64,000 nt of DNA from Bythopirellula sp. (GTDB lineage Bacteria > Planctomycetota > Planctomycetia > Pirellulales > Lacipirellulaceae): NCBI GenBank assembly GCA_965216565.1, contig OZ244170.1:4896001-4960000 (forward strand), written 5' to 3'. This document shows positions 60,279 through 64,000 of this stretch, one piece after another (the stretch's first letter is position 1; each line of letters begins with the position of its first letter). The position numbers and the translations under genes were made by a program. The notes below the pieces were generated by a model. That model was not told the DNA's origin. It did no database searches and saw only the letters and a list, made by a program, of their open reading frames with translations.

Positions 60279-61850
60279 CTAAAAGTCAACCATCGCCCGC
60301 ATGCCGAGAATGGTGTAGTGCCCGGATCTTGGCGGAATGACTGCCGCGACATCGTTGTTGTTGTCTCCATCACTGATTGCTGCGTCGTCAATCTCACCGT
60401 AGATGGCATTGAACTGCAGGCGAGCGTAAGCGTTCCAATACCAGTTGATTCCTAGTGTGTGGCTCAACCCTCGACCACCGAAAATGTTGTCGTCGATAAA
60501 ATCTGCATACGATAGGCGATAGGCAAGCTGCCAGGCACCCCAACCACCTCTCACACCGTCGTGGCAGGTGTCGACTAGAAAAAAGTTTTCGATGGGTTTG
60601 ATACGATCGAGAATACCCAGCGAGCGTTTCCACGGCATGTGTTCGCCTGTTAGAAAGTACGAGGCATACATGTAGGCGCCATCGAATCTCAAGTCGCCGC
60701 CAAATCCAGGATCGCGTTCCAGCCAGATGTTTTGATATTCGCCTACAAGTTGTAATGGCCCGAAGTTCCAAACGTTTTCCAAGCCCAGCAGTTGATAGTT
60801 GTCTGCCCCGGCGATATCGCCCGTATTGAGCCAGCGATTATCGGAGCGTGCCTCGGGACGGTGGCGGAATTGGGCTTCGTTGTCCGACCGATTGCCGCCG
60901 GCGCTGCCATCGGGCTCGGCGTAGGTACCGGAGACCGCCCAGTGACCATAGCCCCGCCCACCAGAAGTCTCGTCGTACCAAAATGTGTTTGCCAAACGAC
61001 TAGCAAACTCCAGCTGCCAATGATCGCTCCGGTAGAATCCTTCGTCCTGGAGGAGCCTCTGGTTGAAAATGCCGTACCGCCAGTTCCAAGCCTCGTCCTC
61101 TGATACACCGTAGGACATCACGCCCAAGCGTCGAGCGTCCTGATTAAAAGACTCGATCACAAAAGGTCGCTCGAGAAACACGTTGTAACGACTACTATTG
61201 AGGTGGTCCAAGCCGTAAGGGCGTTTCTGATTGCCGACGAGTAGGGTTTGCAATAGCGGGAGATCTTCCCAACCTAAATAGGCGTCGCGGAATTCAGATT
61301 CATTGCCTCCGGCAAACTCCATTTCGATTCTGTAGAGCATCGTCTTCCAGATATCGCCTTTGACGCCAAAGCGCAAACGGCGGAAACCAAAGGCATCTTG
61401 CGGAGAAAGCAACGGGTCGCCAGTTTCAAAGACATTCACTCCCGAACTGCTGTCTGGGAAAGACCACATGTCTGCGTGGATCCGACCATTGACCTTCATG
61501 GTCGCTTCGCCGTGCCCACTTGAAGCTAGCACTTTCAGACCGTCTTTCAGATCCTGGGAGTCCTCATCGAGCTTCTTGTAGTCGTCGCCAAGGTCAGAAT
61601 AGTTGCCTTCTAGCCGGGCGACTCGTTCCTCAAGCGTCAGCTCTTCTTCGGCGTCATCACTTTCAAGAAACGAGTAGCTGGCAGCCTGCTGAACTGTTTC
61701 CACCGGTGGGAGGGGCTGAATAGCCGCTTCCTCGCTGAAAGCCAACTCTCCCGACGCCAACAACAAACCACAGACTAGGGCAAAGAAGCCACGAAGCCCC
61801 GACTTCCCCCTCAATCGCTGGAAGAATTCCACTTGGTTCCCATCCGCCAT
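60279..61850 (-). CDS. OprO/OprP-family porin
   Basis: GRIHAD, FRRLRFGVKG, VGNQKRPYGL, FLERP, GINWYWN, terminal F. Confidence 0.88.
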   Translation of the reverse strand: MADGNQVEFFQRLRGKSGLRGFFALVCGLLLASGELAFSEEAAIQPLPPVETVQQAASYSFLESDDAEEELTLEERVARLEGNYSDLGDDYKKLDEDSQDLKDGLKVLASSGHGEATMKVNGRIHADMWSFPDSSSGVNVFETGDPLLSPQDAFGFRRLRFGVKGDIWKTMLYRIEMEFAGGNESEFRDAYLGWEDLPLLQTLLVGNQKRPYGLDHLNSSRYNVFLERPFVIESFNQDARRLGVMSYGVSEDEAWNWRYGIFNQRLLQDEGFYRSDHWQLEFASRLANTFWYDETSGGRGYGHWAVSGTYAEPDGSAGGNRSDNEAQFRHRPEARSDNRWLNTGDIAGADNYQLLGLENVWNFGPLQLVGEYQNIWLERDPGFGGDLRFDGAYMYASYFLTGEHMPWKRSLGILDRIKPIENFFLVDTCHDGVRGGWGAWQLAYRLSYADFIDDNIFGGRGLSHTLGINWYWNAYARLQFNAIYGEIDDAAISDGDNNNDVAAVIPPRSGHYTILGMRAMVDF

Positions 61851-62205
61851 TAGATTCCCTCGATGCCGAAGTTCACAATCAACCAACAATCTAGCGCGAT
61901 TCCATTGCCCAGCTATGGATTGCCAACCCTTCAATCCGGGTACGAAGCGGGGTTCCGCTTGTAACGATTGATCGGCTTATGCCACTTGTATCGGAAATTC
62001 CCGTGGCTGCATTTGGTTTGAGAGGCTTTTATGAAGACGAATTCATGGAAGAGAACTTGTTCAAACCGGATAATCGGAAAAGTTTGACAAGTGTGTGCTA
62101 GCAAGCAGCCGTGAAGAGATGGCTGCGATTCGCAATTTTTCATGTATCTATTGAGAACACACAGCCGTAGTCGCATGCCAGCCTGAGGCCGAAATGCGAG
62201 CAAGT

Positions 62206-64000
62206 TTAGCTTCCTGCTTCAAAGTCGACTTCTTCGTACTTCACCCGCATATTGAGCATTTCCTGCTCGCTCTTCAAGCCGAATCGTACTGCCGCTTCTG
62301 GGTCGGGATTGTTCGGATTGAGGTACGAATTGTCGAAGTGGGCCACGCTGAGTAAAGCGTCACCCGCTTTGAGCTCGAGCGGATGGACAAACTCGTAGGT
62401 GCGTTGCCAGTTAAAATCGTAAGTGGCCACACGCAGTACGAGCGTCCGCTTTTCTGCATCAGTGCCGGGATTCTCAACTTTGTAGAGTGTAAAATCCTTG
62501 CCCCGGTAATGCATATGCGGTCCGAGCGCGTGGATCACTACGTCAGTGGGAAATTGGTAGTACGATAGCTTCTCGTAGTGCTGGTCGTGGGGTCGCAGAC
62601 GTAAGTCTTTTCGATTGAACACCTTGGTCAGGATTACATGCTCTGGCTTCCCTGGTGCCCAGGTGATACCCATCCGCGAGACGTCAGGCTTTTCCTCACG
62701 GCCAGTCGGTGTGTAGTGCATTTCGAAGAAGAGGTCGTGCCCCGCTGGTAATTTCAGCGAATAACCTTCCGGATAAACGCGGGCATTGAACGGGTCGCCG
62801 GCGATGTAGTCGCCGATCTTCTTGACCTTATCGCCTGTCAGACCATACAGCTTCAGCATGGCCTTGTTTGCTGAGAGTTTTTCGTCCGAAGCGGGGCCTA
62901 TAATGGCACCCATGTGATGAACCACAGACTTGTTGCCCGGCTTCATTTCGATGCTCTGGATGTAGCGGTCCTCATCGTAGTTCGCCTTGATTCGGTAAAA
63001 CTGATATTCATCGAGCCGATATTTGGGGACCACGTAGGGTTCGGGCATTTCGTAAACGAAGTCCGGCGTGCCGATTTTCCAAGTTTCACTGGATGGCCAT
63101 TGTTGGGGTTCAGGGGCGTCTGCCGCATTCCCCACGGGCATGTCCGCCTCAACCCAGGCGCGGAACATGTTGATTTCATCCTGCGTCAGGCGGATGTCGT
63201 TTTTGAAACCGCCCAACCCATTTTCATGCGTTGTCGAGCCATGCCAGGGAGGCATCAGACGGTTTTCCATTCGGCTAAGCATCACGCCACTCATGGCAGC
63301 CACATTCTCGTAGTTGTCAAAAGTGGCGAAGAGTTCCGCCCCAGGTTCCCCCTCTCGATGACACTCGATGCAGCTTTTCTGCATGAGTCGGGCAATCTCT
63401 TTGTGGTAGGTCACGCCCTCGAACGGACTGGGGTCGAATGGGGCTTTGCTCGCTATGGGGCAGCCGGAAGCAGCAGTCTCGGCGACTGGCGGTTTCTCGC
63501 CTTGGAGAAAGCTCTCTAGGGCGTCGGCCAGGTACTCTTGCTTCTCGTTACTCGCCCCGCCGCCAAACCACTGGCCATTGATCTGACCGCGATAGACAAT
63601 TTGTCGCTGGCTATAGCCTTGGCGCACGTCTAGCATGATTGCATGGGGCGTGGTCTTCAGTCCCAAGTCACGGAACCAGGGTGAATTGGGATCGTCCTTG
63701 AAAACAGGGAACGACAGGTTCGTCTCTGTCGCGTACTCAGCGATTTCCCGCAGATCGTCGACACCGTTGGGAAACAGGGCAACGAATTGAATGCCTTGAT
63801 CGAAGTGCTTGGCTTGCAATTCGTTGAGCAACGGCACCATCCGTCTGGCGAGAGGGCATTTTGTTGAGAAAGTCACAACCACTAAGGCGGACGTTTGCTT
63901 ACTCGGAGAGGTAGAGACGAGCTGATGGGGTAGCAGCGTATCGCCCCAACGACCGGTCAATTCTGCTTCGGCGGCTCCCAGAGCACATGCCGGCACAATC
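62206..64000 (-). CDS. Redoxin + CxxCH + copper type II monooxygenase-like multidomain protein (5' end outside window)
   Basis: STKCP, YRGQI, SGC; CIECH, MPPW; VVHHM, MHY, PHMHYRG, YDFNWQ, EM. Confidence 0.8.
   Translation of the reverse strand, partial: IVPACALGAAEAELTGRWGDTLLPHQLVSTSPSKQTSALVVVTFSTKCPLARRMVPLLNELQAKHFDQGIQFVALFPNGVDDLREIAEYATETNLSFPVFKDDPNSPWFRDLGLKTTPHAIMLDVRQGYSQRQIVYRGQINGQWFGGGASNEKQEYLADALESFLQGEKPPVAETAASGCPIASKAPFDPSPFEGVTYHKEIARLMQKSCIECHREGEPGAELFATFDNYENVAAMSGVMLSRMENRLMPPWHGSTTHENGLGGFKNDIRLTQDEINMFRAWVEADMPVGNAADAPEPQQWPSSETWKIGTPDFVYEMPEPYVVPKYRLDEYQFYRIKANYDEDRYIQSIEMKPGNKSVVHHMGAIIGPASDEKLSANKAMLKLYGLTGDKVKKIGDYIAGDPFNARVYPEGYSLKLPAGHDLFFEMHYTPTGREEKPDVSRMGITWAPGKPEHVILTKVFNRKDLRLRPHDQHYEKLSYYQFPTDVVIHALGPHMHYRGKDFTLYKVENPGTDAEKRTLVLRVATYDFNWQRTYEFVHPLELKAGDALLSVAHFDNSYLNPNNPDPEAAVRFGLKSEQEMLNMRVKYEEVDFEAGS

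Overview
64-kb chromosomal segment most consistent with a planctomycete (Pirellulales/Lacipirellulaceae-like: DUF1559 prepilin-type proteins, PEP-CTERM proteins with dockerin-like motifs, SHD1 protein, mch). It is mostly core genome: purH, S41 peptidase, smpB, sdhCAB, mch-rimK, nfeD-flotillin, aspS, mutS, fliG, ffs-dnaX-ybaB-rpoN, nrdR, tRNA-Lys(CTT), tRNA-Ala(CGC), and dispersed oleC/oleD/oleB-like genes. No CRISPR array, prophage or transposase was seen; several short palindromic or periodic intergenic repeats are present. Best leads: (1) an accessory locus at 1.8-11.1 kb with an apparent two-unit surface polyprotein (signal-domain-PEP-CTERM-linker-signal-domain-PEP-CTERM in one ORF), a PEP-CTERM-anchored M14 peptidase, a CapD-like gamma-glutamyltransferase and a divergent DUF1559 pair, possibly a glutamate-polymer utilisation system; (2) smpB apparently starting at ACG; (3) an A9 slippery run in dnaX predicting tau/gamma products; (4) a heptamer repeat inserted in frame in mutS. 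All calls come from reading motifs by eye; no searches were run, and many starts were moved from the ORF track by judgement.
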